Shown here: positions 1-8,744 of the stretch, piece after piece
Numbering within the stretch: the stretch's first letter is position 1
How the letters are laid out: each line of letters starts with the position of its first letter
Assembly: GCA_947385255.1 (NCBI GenBank)
Contig: CANDKL010000001.1
Span: 1 to 35,328, forward strand
Source of the DNA: an uncultured Roseburia sp.
GTDB lineage: Bacteria > Bacillota > Clostridia > Lachnospirales > Lachnospiraceae
DNA length: 35,328 nt
Direction: 5' to 3'
Notes under the pieces: generated by a model
Seen by the model: only the letters and a program-made list of their open reading frames with translations
What the model was told of the DNA's origin: nothing
Database searches by the model: none
Position numbers and translations under genes: made by a program

Positions 1-1022
1 GCCTGTTGGGTGTAGGGATGTGCGCGATTTTGGGCATCACCACAAATCGGAACCTGTTTTTGGCGCTGGTCCTCTTTTCGGCTTTGTTCGGCACGGCCTT
101 CTTTTTCGGAGCGCAGATGTTTTTGGAAAAGGGCTTTCGGGTATTTCAGAGAAAACGGTTTATAGAGTGCGGGGCGTTTCTTGTTATACTGGTATGCCTG
201 ATGGTTAGCATTGAGTGCGACCTGTTCGGCCGGGAAAAGAAAATGCCGCAGCTTGCCGAGGTGGAAAACGCATATGTTTCGAATCCATATACGATAGGCG
301 GGACAGAACCGGAGGAGATCCAGCAGGTTTTGGATATCCACAGCCAGATTATTTCATCTAAGAAGGAATTTGAAGCGTTTGCAGAGGATCGATGGAGCTA
401 CGGAGAGGATATTCTTGGCATTCAGGTAAAATATTACTTAAAGGACGGCTCTGTGCTGCAGCGTTCATACAATATTCCGGCGACGGCAGAGATGCTTCTG
501 GACAAAAATACGGTGGCAGGGAAGCTCGTGGATCTGAGTACGGATCCGGAGGTTTATCTGAACAGCCTCTTTGGCGGAGATTATAAAAATGCAGAAATCA
601 GAGAGGGAAGCTTCGATTATTATAATGAAAACGGGGAATATGAGAACCGCAGTATTTCGGAAAAGAATACGCAGAAGATATACCAGGCAATCGTTGCGGA
701 TGCGAAGGAGGGAAACTTCAATGATTGTATCATAAACGGATTTTGCTACGGCGAGGCGGCGGAAACCATAGAAAAGCCCTATTACAACAACATTTATATC
801 CGTTTTCTGGATAAGAAGCCTAAGGATGCCCGGACGGATCGGATCCACAGAGAGTACAATATATGGTCCGGTAATGGAAACGCCAATATTGTATTTGATA
901 AAAATTGTAAAAATGTGATTAGCGCCCTGATAGAAACCGGCGTGATTGAAAATGAGAAGGAGCTTTATACGAGCGAGGATATGGAGCGGATCAATGGCGA
1001 AGACGCGGAGATCATAGAGTAA
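1..1022 (+). CDS. Membrane protein, C-terminal part (ABC-permease-associated, DUF6449-like); 5' end probably upstream of the window
   Basis: The frame is open from the window edge. It has two N-terminal hydrophobic segments, then a soluble domain with a 'Y.LKDGS..RSY' motif typical of clostridial ABC-2 permease-like proteins. Stop TAA at 1020-1022. Confidence 0.55.
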   Translation, partial: LLGVGMCAILGITTNRNLFLALVLFSALFGTAFFFGAQMFLEKGFRVFQRKRFIECGAFLVILVCLMVSIECDLFGREKKMPQLAEVENAYVSNPYTIGGTEPEEIQQVLDIHSQIISSKKEFEAFAEDRWSYGEDILGIQVKYYLKDGSVLQRSYNIPATAEMLLDKNTVAGKLVDLSTDPEVYLNSLFGGDYKNAEIREGSFDYYNENGEYENRSISEKNTQKIYQAIVADAKEGNFNDCIINGFCYGEAAETIEKPYYNNIYIRFLDKKPKDARTDRIHREYNIWSGNGNANIVFDKNCKNVISALIETGVIENEKELYTSEDMERINGEDAEIIE

Positions 1023-1029
1023 CGCTTTT

Positions 1030-1058
1030 AGGGAGGAGGTTGTGATTCCTCCCTTTTT
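1030..1058 (+). terminator. Rho-independent terminator
   Basis: AGGGAGGA/TCCTCCCT stem followed by a T run, just after the stop at 1022. Confidence 0.65.
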
Positions 1059-1102
1059 CGTGTAAACTATATGCATGTACGAGGGAAAGGAGTGAAATCG
1101 GA

Positions 1103-2425
1103 TTGCATATGGAAAACATACACAGGATAGAGAAAATAGAACCGGGCAGTATTGCGGAGGAGCTGGAGCTTGCGCCGAAGGACGTACTGCTTACGATCAA
1201 CGGCCAGAAAATCGAGGATATTTTCGACTACCATTACCTGATCCACGACGAGGAGCTTACGGTTCTGGTGAGGAAGCCGGACGGCGAGGAATGGGAGCTT
1301 TTGATTGAGAAGGACTATGACGAGGATCTGGGAATTGTATTTGAAAACGGACTGATGGATAACTACAAATCCTGCCAGAATAAGTGCATGTTCTGTTTTA
1401 TTGACCAGATGCCGAAGGGGATGCGGGATACCCTGTATTTTAAGGATGACGACGCAAGGCTTTCGTTTCTGCAGGGCAATTATGTAACGCTTACAAATAT
1501 GAAGGATGCGGATATCGAACGTATCATCCATTATCATCTGGAGCCGATCAACATTTCGGTGCACACAATGAATCCCGCGCTTCGGTGTAAAATGCTGAAT
1601 AACCGGTTTGCAGGGGAGGCGCTTCTTAAAATGCGCCGATTGCGGGATGCGGGGATTGCGATGAACGGACAGATTGTGCTCTGCAAGGGGATCAATGACG
1701 GAGCGGAGCTCGAATACAGCATTCGACAGCTGACGGAGTATATTCCTTTTATGCAGAGCCTGTCGGTCGTTCCGGTGGGGCTGACGCGGTATAGGGAGGG
1801 CTTATATCCGCTCTTGCCCTTTCTTAAGGAGGATGCGAAGGAGGTGCTTGCCTGCATTCACAAATGGCAGCAGTACTGCATAAAACGGTACGGCATCCAT
1901 TTTGTCCATGCGGGGGACGAGTGGTATCTGCTCGCGGAGCAGCCGATGCCGGCGGAGGAGACGTATGACGGATATTTACAGCTGGAAAACGGCGTCGGCA
2001 TGGTGCGGCTGTTAGAGGAGGAATTTATGGAAGCGTTGTCCGGGGAGCAGCCGGATGACGGAATACGCCGCAGGGTCACGCTTGCCACAGGCAGGCTGGC
2101 GGCGCCTTTACTGGAGCGGCTTTGCCTTCGCTTTATGGAAAAATTTCCGGGGATTACGGTGCGTGTGATTGCCATACGCAATGATTTCTTCGGGGAGCGG
2201 ATTACGGTTTCGGGGCTTTTGACCGGGCAGGATATTTTACGCCAGCTTAAGGGGAGAGAGCTGGGAGATAAGCTGCTTTTGCATTGTAATCTGCTGCGCA
2301 GCGGGGAGGAGGTGTTTTTGGACGATATGACCTTGACAGAGCTTAAAAATGCTTTACAAGTGCAGATAGATATTGTAAAATCAAGCGGTCAGGATTTGGT
2401 AGATGCGCTTTTAGAAAAGGAGTAA
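1103..2425 (+). CDS. DUF512 / PDZ-containing putative radical SAM Fe-S protein (TIGR03279-like)
   Basis: N-terminal PDZ-like segment (IEPGSIAEELEL...INGQ), CxxxCxxC motif CQNKCMFC, KDDD.RLSFLQGNY and QLENGVG motifs; sits upstream of der. RBS GGAGTG precedes the TTG (alternative ATG at 1109). Confidence 0.85.
   Translation: MHMENIHRIEKIEPGSIAEELELAPKDVLLTINGQKIEDIFDYHYLIHDEELTVLVRKPDGEEWELLIEKDYDEDLGIVFENGLMDNYKSCQNKCMFCFIDQMPKGMRDTLYFKDDDARLSFLQGNYVTLTNMKDADIERIIHYHLEPINISVHTMNPALRCKMLNNRFAGEALLKMRRLRDAGIAMNGQIVLCKGINDGAELEYSIRQLTEYIPFMQSLSVVPVGLTRYREGLYPLLPFLKEDAKEVLACIHKWQQYCIKRYGIHFVHAGDEWYLLAEQPMPAEETYDGYLQLENGVGMVRLLEEEFMEALSGEQPDDGIRRRVTLATGRLAAPLLERLCLRFMEKFPGITVRVIAIRNDFFGERITVSGLLTGQDILRQLKGRELGDKLLLHCNLLRSGEEVFLDDMTLTELKNALQVQIDIVKSSGQDLVDALLEKE
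2353..2381 (+). promoter_or_regulatory. Putative sigma-A promoter for der, inside the 3' end of the DUF512 gene
   Basis: TTTACA (2353-2358), 17-bp spacer, TAAAAT (2376-2381), about 48 bp before the der start. Confidence 0.5.
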
Positions 2426-2428
2426 TAT

Positions 2429-3751
2429 ATGAGTAAGCCGGTTGTAGCAGTCGTCGGGCGCCCGAATGTGGGGAAATCCACGTTGTTTAACGTATTAGCG
2501 GGAGAACGGATTTCGATCGTAAAGGATACGCCGGGCGTGACCAGGGACAGGATTTATGCGGACGCCACCTGGTTGGACAAGGAATTTACATTGATTGATA
2601 CCGGAGGAATTGAGCCGGAATCGAAGGATATTATTTTATCGCAGATGCGGGAACAGGCACAGATTGCCATTGATACGGCGGATGTGATTTTGTTTCTGAC
2701 CGATGTGAGGCAGGGGCTGATTGACACGGATGCAAAGGTGGCGGATCTGCTGCGCCGTTCCGGGAAGCCTGTCGTGCTGGTCGTTAATAAGGTAGACAGC
2801 TTTGAAAAATTTATGCCGGACGTGTATGAATTTTACAATCTGGGCATTGGGGAGCCGTTTCCGATTTCTGCGGCCTCTATGCTGGGGCTTGGGGATATGT
2901 TAGAGGAGGTAGTCAAATATTTTCCGAAGCAGGAAACGGGAGAGGAGGACGATACGCGCCCGAAGATTGCGGTCATCGGCAAGCCGAACGTCGGAAAATC
3001 CTCTCTGGTGAACCGCCTGATCGGGGAAAACCGTGTAATTGTATCGGATATTGCAGGGACGACGCGGGATGCCGTGGATTCTGCGGTGAAATACTACGGG
3101 CAGGAATATGTGTTTATTGATACGGCGGGCCTGCGCCGCAAGAGCAAGGTAAAGGAGGATTTGGAGCGCTACAGCGTGATCCGCGCCGTTACGGCGGTGG
3201 AGCGCGCAGATGTGGTTCTGATTCTGATTGACGCTACGGAGGGTGTGACGGAGCAGGATGCGAAGATCGCCGGAATTGCCCATGATAAGGGAAAGGGCGT
3301 TATTATCGCAGTCAATAAATGGGACGCCATTGAAAAGGACGATAAGACGATGCGTCAGCATACAGAGAGGATCCGATCCGTTTTGAGCTTTATGCCGTAT
3401 GCGGAGATTATGTTTATTTCCGCAAAGACCGGACAGCGGACGGATAAAATTTTTGCCACGATAGATATGGTATTGGAGAATAATTCCATGCGGGTTGCAA
3501 CGGGCGTTCTGAATGAAATCGTCATGGAAGCCGTCGCGATGCAGCAGCCGCCGTCGGATCGGGGAAGGCGGTTAAAGATTTACTATGTGACGCAGGCAGC
3601 GGTGAAGCCGCCGACCTTCGTGGTTTTTGTCAATGCGAAGAAGCTGATGCATTTTTCTTATACCAGATATCTGGAAAACCGTATCCGGGATGCGTTCGGC
3701 TTCCGGGGTACGTCGTTAAGGTTTATCATCCGGGAGAGAAAGGGAGAATAA
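2429..3751 (+). CDS. der: Ribosome biogenesis GTPase Der (EngA)
   Basis: Two tandem GTPase domains ([16 protein letters not shown] and [16 protein letters not shown]) and a C-terminal KH-like domain. Confidence 0.98.
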   Translation: MSKPVVAVVGRPNVGKSTLFNVLAGERISIVKDTPGVTRDRIYADATWLDKEFTLIDTGGIEPESKDIILSQMREQAQIAIDTADVILFLTDVRQGLIDTDAKVADLLRRSGKPVVLVVNKVDSFEKFMPDVYEFYNLGIGEPFPISAASMLGLGDMLEEVVKYFPKQETGEEDDTRPKIAVIGKPNVGKSSLVNRLIGENRVIVSDIAGTTRDAVDSAVKYYGQEYVFIDTAGLRRKSKVKEDLERYSVIRAVTAVERADVVLILIDATEGVTEQDAKIAGIAHDKGKGVIIAVNKWDAIEKDDKTMRQHTERIRSVLSFMPYAEIMFISAKTGQRTDKIFATIDMVLENNSMRVATGVLNEIVMEAVAMQQPPSDRGRRLKIYYVTQAAVKPPTFVVFVNAKKLMHFSYTRYLENRIRDAFGFRGTSLRFIIRERKGE

Positions 3752-3755
3752 GACT

Positions 3756-4421
3756 ATGCTCGTGAATCGGATTATTGTACTTGTGATTGGCTATTTCTGC
3801 GGGATTATTTTACCCGGATATATTTACAGCAGGTTAAAGCATCAGGATATTACAAAGCTTGGCAGCGGCAATGCGGGAACGACGAATATGCTGCGTATGT
3901 ACGGCTGGAAGGCGGGCCTCGTGACGCTGCTTGGAGATGTGTCAAAGCCGATGCTTGCCATTCTTATCACCTGGCTTTTGTTTCACAACAGCGAGCCGGA
4001 GGGCGTGCGCCTTCTGCAGCTTTATGCGGGGCTTGGAACGATTATCGGGCATAATCACCCGTTTTATATGAAGCATTTTAAGGGCGGCAAGGGTATTGCC
4101 TGTACGGGCGGCATGATGATTGCCTTCTGCCCGGTGGAGGTGCCGATTGGGCTGTCCGTGTTCATCCTTACGGTTGTGCTCACGAAATATGTGTCGCTTG
4201 GCTCCATGCTGGGGCTTATCAGCTTTTTCGTTCAGACAATTGTATTCGGGGAACTCGGTATCTTAAATGTAACTACCGTCTACAAAACGGAAATCTATGT
4301 GCTGGCGGGCGTCATTACGCTGATGGGAATTGTACGCCACAGAGAGAATATCGGGCGGCTGCTGCACGGAAATGAAAATAAATTCAGTATAAAAAAGAAG
4401 AAGGAAGGGACAGTTTCGTAA
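3756..4421 (+). CDS. plsY: Glycerol-3-phosphate acyltransferase PlsY
   Basis: GSGNAGTTN, FKGGKGIA and HRENIGRL motifs; hydrophobic; lies between der and gpsA. Confidence 0.95.
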   Translation: MLVNRIIVLVIGYFCGIILPGYIYSRLKHQDITKLGSGNAGTTNMLRMYGWKAGLVTLLGDVSKPMLAILITWLLFHNSEPEGVRLLQLYAGLGTIIGHNHPFYMKHFKGGKGIACTGGMMIAFCPVEVPIGLSVFILTVVLTKYVSLGSMLGLISFFVQTIVFGELGILNVTTVYKTEIYVLAGVITLMGIVRHRENIGRLLHGNENKFSIKKKKEGTVS

Positions 4422-5455
4422 TGGCAAAAACAGGGATTATCGGAGCGGGAAGCTGGGGCTGCGCGCTGGCCGGCGTACTCGATAAAAACGGACACGAGGT
4501 AAAGGTGTGGTCTGCCTTACAGGAGGAAATTGAGATGCTCAAAAGAGAGCATGAGCATAAGGATAAGCTTCCGGGCGTTAAATTAGAGGGCCGGATTTCA
4601 TTTACGGCGGATTTAAAAGAGGCGATAGACGGGAGTGAGCTTTTAGTGCTGGCCGTACCGTCGGTTTACACCAGGAGCACCGCAAAGCAGATGGCGCCTT
4701 ATGTGGCAGAGGGGCAGATCATCGTCTGCGTGGCCAAGGGAATTGAAGAGGAGAGCTTAATGACGCTGTCGGACATCGTAGAGGCGGAAATCCCGGCAGC
4801 AGACGCCGCAGTGATGTGCGGGCCGAGCCATGCGGAGGAGGTAGGCATGCGGCTGCCGACAACCGTAGTGGCAGGCGCGAAGACCAGGCAGACGGCAGAG
4901 TACATTCAGAGCCTGTTTATGAACGAGGTCTTCCGTGTTTATACCAGTCCGGACGTCTTAGGCATGGAATTGGGCGGCGCGCTGAAAAATGTAATCGCGC
5001 TTGCGGCAGGGATGGCCGACGGGCTGGGCTTCGGGGACAATACCAAGGCAGCGCTCATTACGCGCGGCATGGATGAAATCCGCCGTCTGGCCGTAAAGAT
5101 GGGAGCGGACGCCCAGACGTTAAACGGCTTAACCGGAATTGGCGATCTGATTGTCACCTGCGCCAGCAGGCACTCCAGAAACCGCAGGGCAGGAATGCTC
5201 ATGGGGAAGGGCGCCACGATGCAGCAGGCAATGGATGAGGTGAAAATGGTGGTCGAGGGCGTGTATTCCGCAAAGGCCGCGATTGCCTTAAGCAGAAAAT
5301 ACGGCGTATCCATGCCGATTATCGAGCAGGTCAATCAGGTGCTGTTTGAGGATAAGCCGGTGAAGGAAGCGGTGACAGAGCTGATGCTGCGGGACAGGAA
5401 AACCGAGTATCGTGCCTTAGGATGGGAGCAAAGCAGTGAAAACGATACGGATTAA
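4421..5455 (+). CDS. gpsA: NAD(P)H-dependent glycerol-3-phosphate dehydrogenase
   Basis: GAGSWG Rossmann motif, GPSHAEEV, LKNVIA, GDLIVTC.SRHSRN. Confidence 0.97.
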   Translation: MAKTGIIGAGSWGCALAGVLDKNGHEVKVWSALQEEIEMLKREHEHKDKLPGVKLEGRISFTADLKEAIDGSELLVLAVPSVYTRSTAKQMAPYVAEGQIIVCVAKGIEEESLMTLSDIVEAEIPAADAAVMCGPSHAEEVGMRLPTTVVAGAKTRQTAEYIQSLFMNEVFRVYTSPDVLGMELGGALKNVIALAAGMADGLGFGDNTKAALITRGMDEIRRLAVKMGADAQTLNGLTGIGDLIVTCASRHSRNRRAGMLMGKGATMQQAMDEVKMVVEGVYSAKAAIALSRKYGVSMPIIEQVNQVLFEDKPVKEAVTELMLRDRKTEYRALGWEQSSENDTD

Positions 5456-5870
5456 ATATTTTTCGGAGGACGTAGAGCGGCTGCGCTATATTGACGGCAA
5501 ATCCGACTGGATTGATCTGCGGGCATCTGGCCGTGTGGAGCTAAAGGCCGGAGAATTTGCCCTGATTCCGCTTGGAGTTGCAATGGAGCTTCCAAAAGGG
5601 TATGAGGGGCATCTGGTGCCGCGCAGCTCCACGTTTAAAAACTACGGTATCCTGCAGACGAACAGCTGCGGTATCATCGACAACACATACTGCGGGGATC
5701 AGGATATGTGGCGGATGCCGGTGTATGCGACAAGGGATACGGTCATCGAAAAGAATGATCGGATCTGCCAGTTCCGGATTGTGGAGAACCAGCCGAAAAT
5801 TGTATTCGAGGAGTGCGAAAAGCTGGAAGGGAAGGATCGAGGAGGCTTTGGGAGTACGGGAAGGAGGTAG
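5436..5870 (+). CDS. dut: dUTP diphosphatase (trimeric dUTPase)
   Basis: Motifs WIDL, PRSS, GIIDNTYCG, RICQ, RGGFGSTG. GTG start overlaps gpsA by 20 bp. Confidence 0.92.
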   Translation: MKTIRIKYFSEDVERLRYIDGKSDWIDLRASGRVELKAGEFALIPLGVAMELPKGYEGHLVPRSSTFKNYGILQTNSCGIIDNTYCGDQDMWRMPVYATRDTVIEKNDRICQFRIVENQPKIVFEECEKLEGKDRGGFGSTGRR

Positions 5871-5883
5871 ACGAGAAGGGATG

Positions 5884-6004
5884 TTCGTCATCCTGACCAA
5901 TTATGCCCGATTTTTCCCGTCGATGTGACGAAGGCCGGCTTTCCCTTCCCCTCTGGTTCGTCGAAGCAACAAAAAATCCTCCGTTATTTTGTCGGCTTTC
6001 CAAA
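5884..6004. promoter_or_regulatory. Array of four 17-bp imperfect palindromes (TTnGTC-N5-GACnAA); candidate sites for the CdaR/PucR regulator
   Basis: TTCGTCatcctGACCAA (5884-5900), CCCGTCgatgtGACGAA (5916-5932), TTCGTCgaagcAACAAA (5957-5973), TTTGTCggcttTCCAAA (5988-6004). The last copy abuts a weak promoter TAGCCA-17-TAAGGT (6005-6033). Confidence 0.6.
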
Positions 6005-6076
6005 TAGCCAAATCCCTGAATTTTTGGTAAGGTAATACTGGCAGAGCAGTAAAAAATATTCAGGAGGATGATAACA

Positions 6077-7189
6077 ATGGCAAGCTTATCATTAAAGCAT
6101 GTTTACAAAAAATATCCAAACGGATTTGAAGCGGTAAAGGATTTTAACCTGGAGGTGGCGGATCAGGAGTTTATTATTTTTGTAGGGCCTTCTGGATGCG
6201 GAAAGTCTACGACGCTTAGGATGATTGCCGGCCTGGAGGAAATTTCTTCCGGTGAATTTTCCATAGACGGCAAGGTGGTCAATGACGTAGAGCCGAAGGA
6301 TCGCGATATTGCGATGGTATTCCAGAACTACGCGCTGTATCCGCATATGACCGTATTTGAAAACATGGCGTTCGGATTAAAGCTGCGCAAGGTTCCGAAA
6401 GCGGAAATCCGGCAGAAGGTAGAAGAGGCTGCGAGGATTCTGGATTTGGATCAATTATTAGACCGTAGGCCGAAGGCGCTTTCCGGCGGGCAGAGGCAGA
6501 GGGTTGCAATGGGACGCGCAATTGTCCGCAGCCCGAAGGTGTTTTTGATGGATGAGCCGCTTTCCAATCTGGATGCAAAGCTGAGGGTTCAGATGCGTGC
6601 CGAGATTTCCGCGCTGCATAAAAGGCTTGGAGCTACCATTATTTACGTTACGCACGATCAGACGGAGGCTATGACTCTGGGAACCCGAATTGTCGTATTG
6701 AAGGACGGCGTAATCATGCAGGTGGACTCCCCAATGAAGCTTTATAACGAGCCGGATAACTTATTTGTAGCAGGCTTTATCGGCTCTCCACAGATGAATT
6801 TTGCGGATGCAGAGTTCAGGATAGAGGGAGGAAAGGCAGTCCTTTCCGTTGATCGATTTCATATTACGCTTCCGGCAGATAAGTCCAAAAAGCTTTTGGA
6901 CGGCGGATATCACAATAAAACGGTAGTGTTAGGGATCCGTCCGGAGGATTTGAGCGATTCACAGAAAGCGCTCCATGAATTTAAGGACAGTATCATCGAA
7001 GCAGATATAAGCGGCTATGAGCTGCTGGGCTCAGAGGTGATTCTGTATTTCGGCGTTTCCGGCGTCAGCATGAGCGCTAAGGTTGCGTCGGATACAACGG
7101 CCCGTGTTGGGACCCATGTAAGGCTTGCATTGAATCCGGAGAAAATCCATGTATTTGATAAAGAAACAGAGCAGACCATTACAAATTAG
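6077..7189 (+). CDS. msmX: Carbohydrate ABC transporter ATP-binding protein, MsmX/MalK/UgpC family
   Basis: Walker [28 protein letters not shown], Walker [13 protein letters not shown]-terminal TOBE region (GIRPE). Start placed at ATG 6077, 9 nt after AGGAGG; ATG 6068 abuts the RBS. Confidence 0.9.
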   Translation: MASLSLKHVYKKYPNGFEAVKDFNLEVADQEFIIFVGPSGCGKSTTLRMIAGLEEISSGEFSIDGKVVNDVEPKDRDIAMVFQNYALYPHMTVFENMAFGLKLRKVPKAEIRQKVEEAARILDLDQLLDRRPKALSGGQRQRVAMGRAIVRSPKVFLMDEPLSNLDAKLRVQMRAEISALHKRLGATIIYVTHDQTEAMTLGTRIVVLKDGVIMQVDSPMKLYNEPDNLFVAGFIGSPQMNFADAEFRIEGGKAVLSVDRFHITLPADKSKKLLDGGYHNKTVVLGIRPEDLSDSQKALHEFKDSIIEADISGYELLGSEVILYFGVSGVSMSAKVASDTTARVGTHVRLALNPEKIHVFDKETEQTITN

Positions 7190-7208
7190 GAACTGAAGGA
7201 GGGCTCAC

Positions 7209-8288
7209 TTGTTATCCAACCATAAAATCCAAACGACATTAGAAGAAATCAAGGGGATTACCCGGATGGAATTTACGCTGTTCGATGAGCATGGAGGAAT
7301 GCTGGCGTCAACGGGCGGGATCGACCGTGATTTTCAGGAGGCCGTTGTAAGCTTTGCAGAGTCCATGGCAGAGAGCCAGATGCTTTTCGGTTCGCATTTT
7401 TTTAAGGTGATTACAGATGACGAGGTGAGGTATATTCTCCTGGTGCACGCAGCCTCAGATGAGGCTTACATGGTCGGAAAGCTCGCCGCCTGCCAGCTTC
7501 GGAATCTTGCGGAGGCATACATGGAGCAGTTAGACCGTAGCAATCTGATGCAGAATATTCTGCTTGGGAATATGCTGGTTGTGGATATGTATAACAAGGC
7601 CCGCAGGCTTCATATTGAACAGACGGAGCGTGTTATTTTTGTGATTGCCGTAGAGGGGAAAAAGGATTCCAATCTCACAGAGCTGGTTCGCAGGATGTTC
7701 TGCGGCTCCGGAAGGGATTTTGCGATCGAGGTGGATGAACAGAATATTGTATTGCTCAAGGATGTGCGGGACAAAAAGAGCGAAGAGGAGCTGGCAGGAT
7801 TTGCCAGAATGCTGGTGGATAACCTGCAATGCGAGGCAATGGTGCGCGTAAGAGTCGGCTACGGCAACCGGGCGCCGGATTTGCAGAGTATTGCAAAATC
7901 CTATCAGGAGGCTCTGATGGCGATTGAAGTAGGGAAGATCTTTTATGCGGATAAAGAGGTGGTTTCCTACGGGCGGCTTGGGATTGGGCGGTTGATTTAC
8001 CAGATTCCGATGAGTCTTTGCGAGATGTTTATCCGGGAGGTATTTGGAGAAGAGGTGCCGGATGTCTTCACGGAGGAGAATGTGGTGACGATTGAGAGCT
8101 TTTTTGAAAACAATCTGAATATTTCCGAGACGGCAAGGCAGCTTTATGTCCACAGGAATACGTTAGTATACCGGCTGGAACGGCTGGAGAAGGCAATTGG
8201 ACTGGATATACGCAAATTTGAGGATGCGATGCTGTTTAAGATTACGATGATGGTGCTGGCGCATATGAGATACCAGAAGGGGATATAG
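7209..8288 (+). CDS. CdaR/PucR-family transcriptional regulator
   Basis: C-terminal HTH 'NLNISETARQLYVHRNTLVYRLERLEK' and a degenerate GGDEF-like central domain. TTG start with RBS AAGGAGG. Confidence 0.88.
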   Translation: MLSNHKIQTTLEEIKGITRMEFTLFDEHGGMLASTGGIDRDFQEAVVSFAESMAESQMLFGSHFFKVITDDEVRYILLVHAASDEAYMVGKLAACQLRNLAEAYMEQLDRSNLMQNILLGNMLVVDMYNKARRLHIEQTERVIFVIAVEGKKDSNLTELVRRMFCGSGRDFAIEVDEQNIVLLKDVRDKKSEEELAGFARMLVDNLQCEAMVRVRVGYGNRAPDLQSIAKSYQEALMAIEVGKIFYADKEVVSYGRLGIGRLIYQIPMSLCEMFIREVFGEEVPDVFTEENVVTIESFFENNLNISETARQLYVHRNTLVYRLERLEKAIGLDIRKFEDAMLFKITMMVLAHMRYQKGI

Positions 8289-8295
8289 CGGGAGA

Positions 8296-8336
8296 AAGGA
8301 GGGCCGCCCGGATTTGGAGCGGCCCATCCTCTTTTA
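8296..8336. terminator. Bidirectional terminator-like hairpin
   Basis: AGGAGGGCCGC...GCGGCCCATCCT followed by CTTTT, between convergent genes. Confidence 0.55.
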
Positions 8337-8342
8337 TTCTTA

Positions 8343-8516
8343 TTATGCTTCTATAAGCGGCGGTTTTTGATAAAGCTTGCGTTCAATGCATTTCTTTTCA
8401 AATGCGAGCTGCTGCTTTATTTTTTCATATCCGCCTTCCTGATCTGCCATTTCCAATCTCTCTAATAAATCCAGTTTATCTAAAAGATTGACATTTAATT
8501 CTTTTTCGCTTGGCAT
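8343..8516 (-). CDS. Small hypothetical protein, 57 aa (not in the ORF track)
   Basis: MPSEKELNVNLLDKLDLLERLEMADQEGGYEKIKQQLAFEKKCIERKLYQKPPLIEA*. RBS AGCAGGTGA just upstream; own promoter TTTACA-17-TATGAT; terminator downstream. Confidence 0.7.
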   Translation of the reverse strand: MPSEKELNVNLLDKLDLLERLEMADQEGGYEKIKQQLAFEKKCIERKLYQKPPLIEA

Positions 8517-8561
8517 ATAATCACCTGCTTTCGTAAAATCTATATGGATTGTTACGGGATT

Positions 8562-8590
8562 ATCATATCAAATTAGGGGAAGGATGTAAA
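8562..8590 (-). promoter_or_regulatory. Putative sigma-A promoter for the 57-aa ORF
   Basis: On the minus strand: TTTACA (8590-8585), 17 bp, TATGAT (8567-8562). Confidence 0.55.
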
Positions 8591-8744
8591 GCGTCTATCC
8601 GCTCCCTCATTCGCCGTTGGCATGCTTGCTGTTACAGTTCACGGTCTGGTTTCCGGCAAACACTCACAATAAACGTTTTCCATACGAACAGTAAATGTAT
8701 TATAAAAATAAAAAGGACATAGCGGAAAGGAACAGGAGGTCTAT

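Noticed and set aside
8585-8683. cre/LacI-like sites upstream of pgm (TGTAAAGCGTCTAT; ATAAACGTTTTC)
   Set aside because: Only partial matches to short degenerate consensus sequences; cannot be distinguished from chance.
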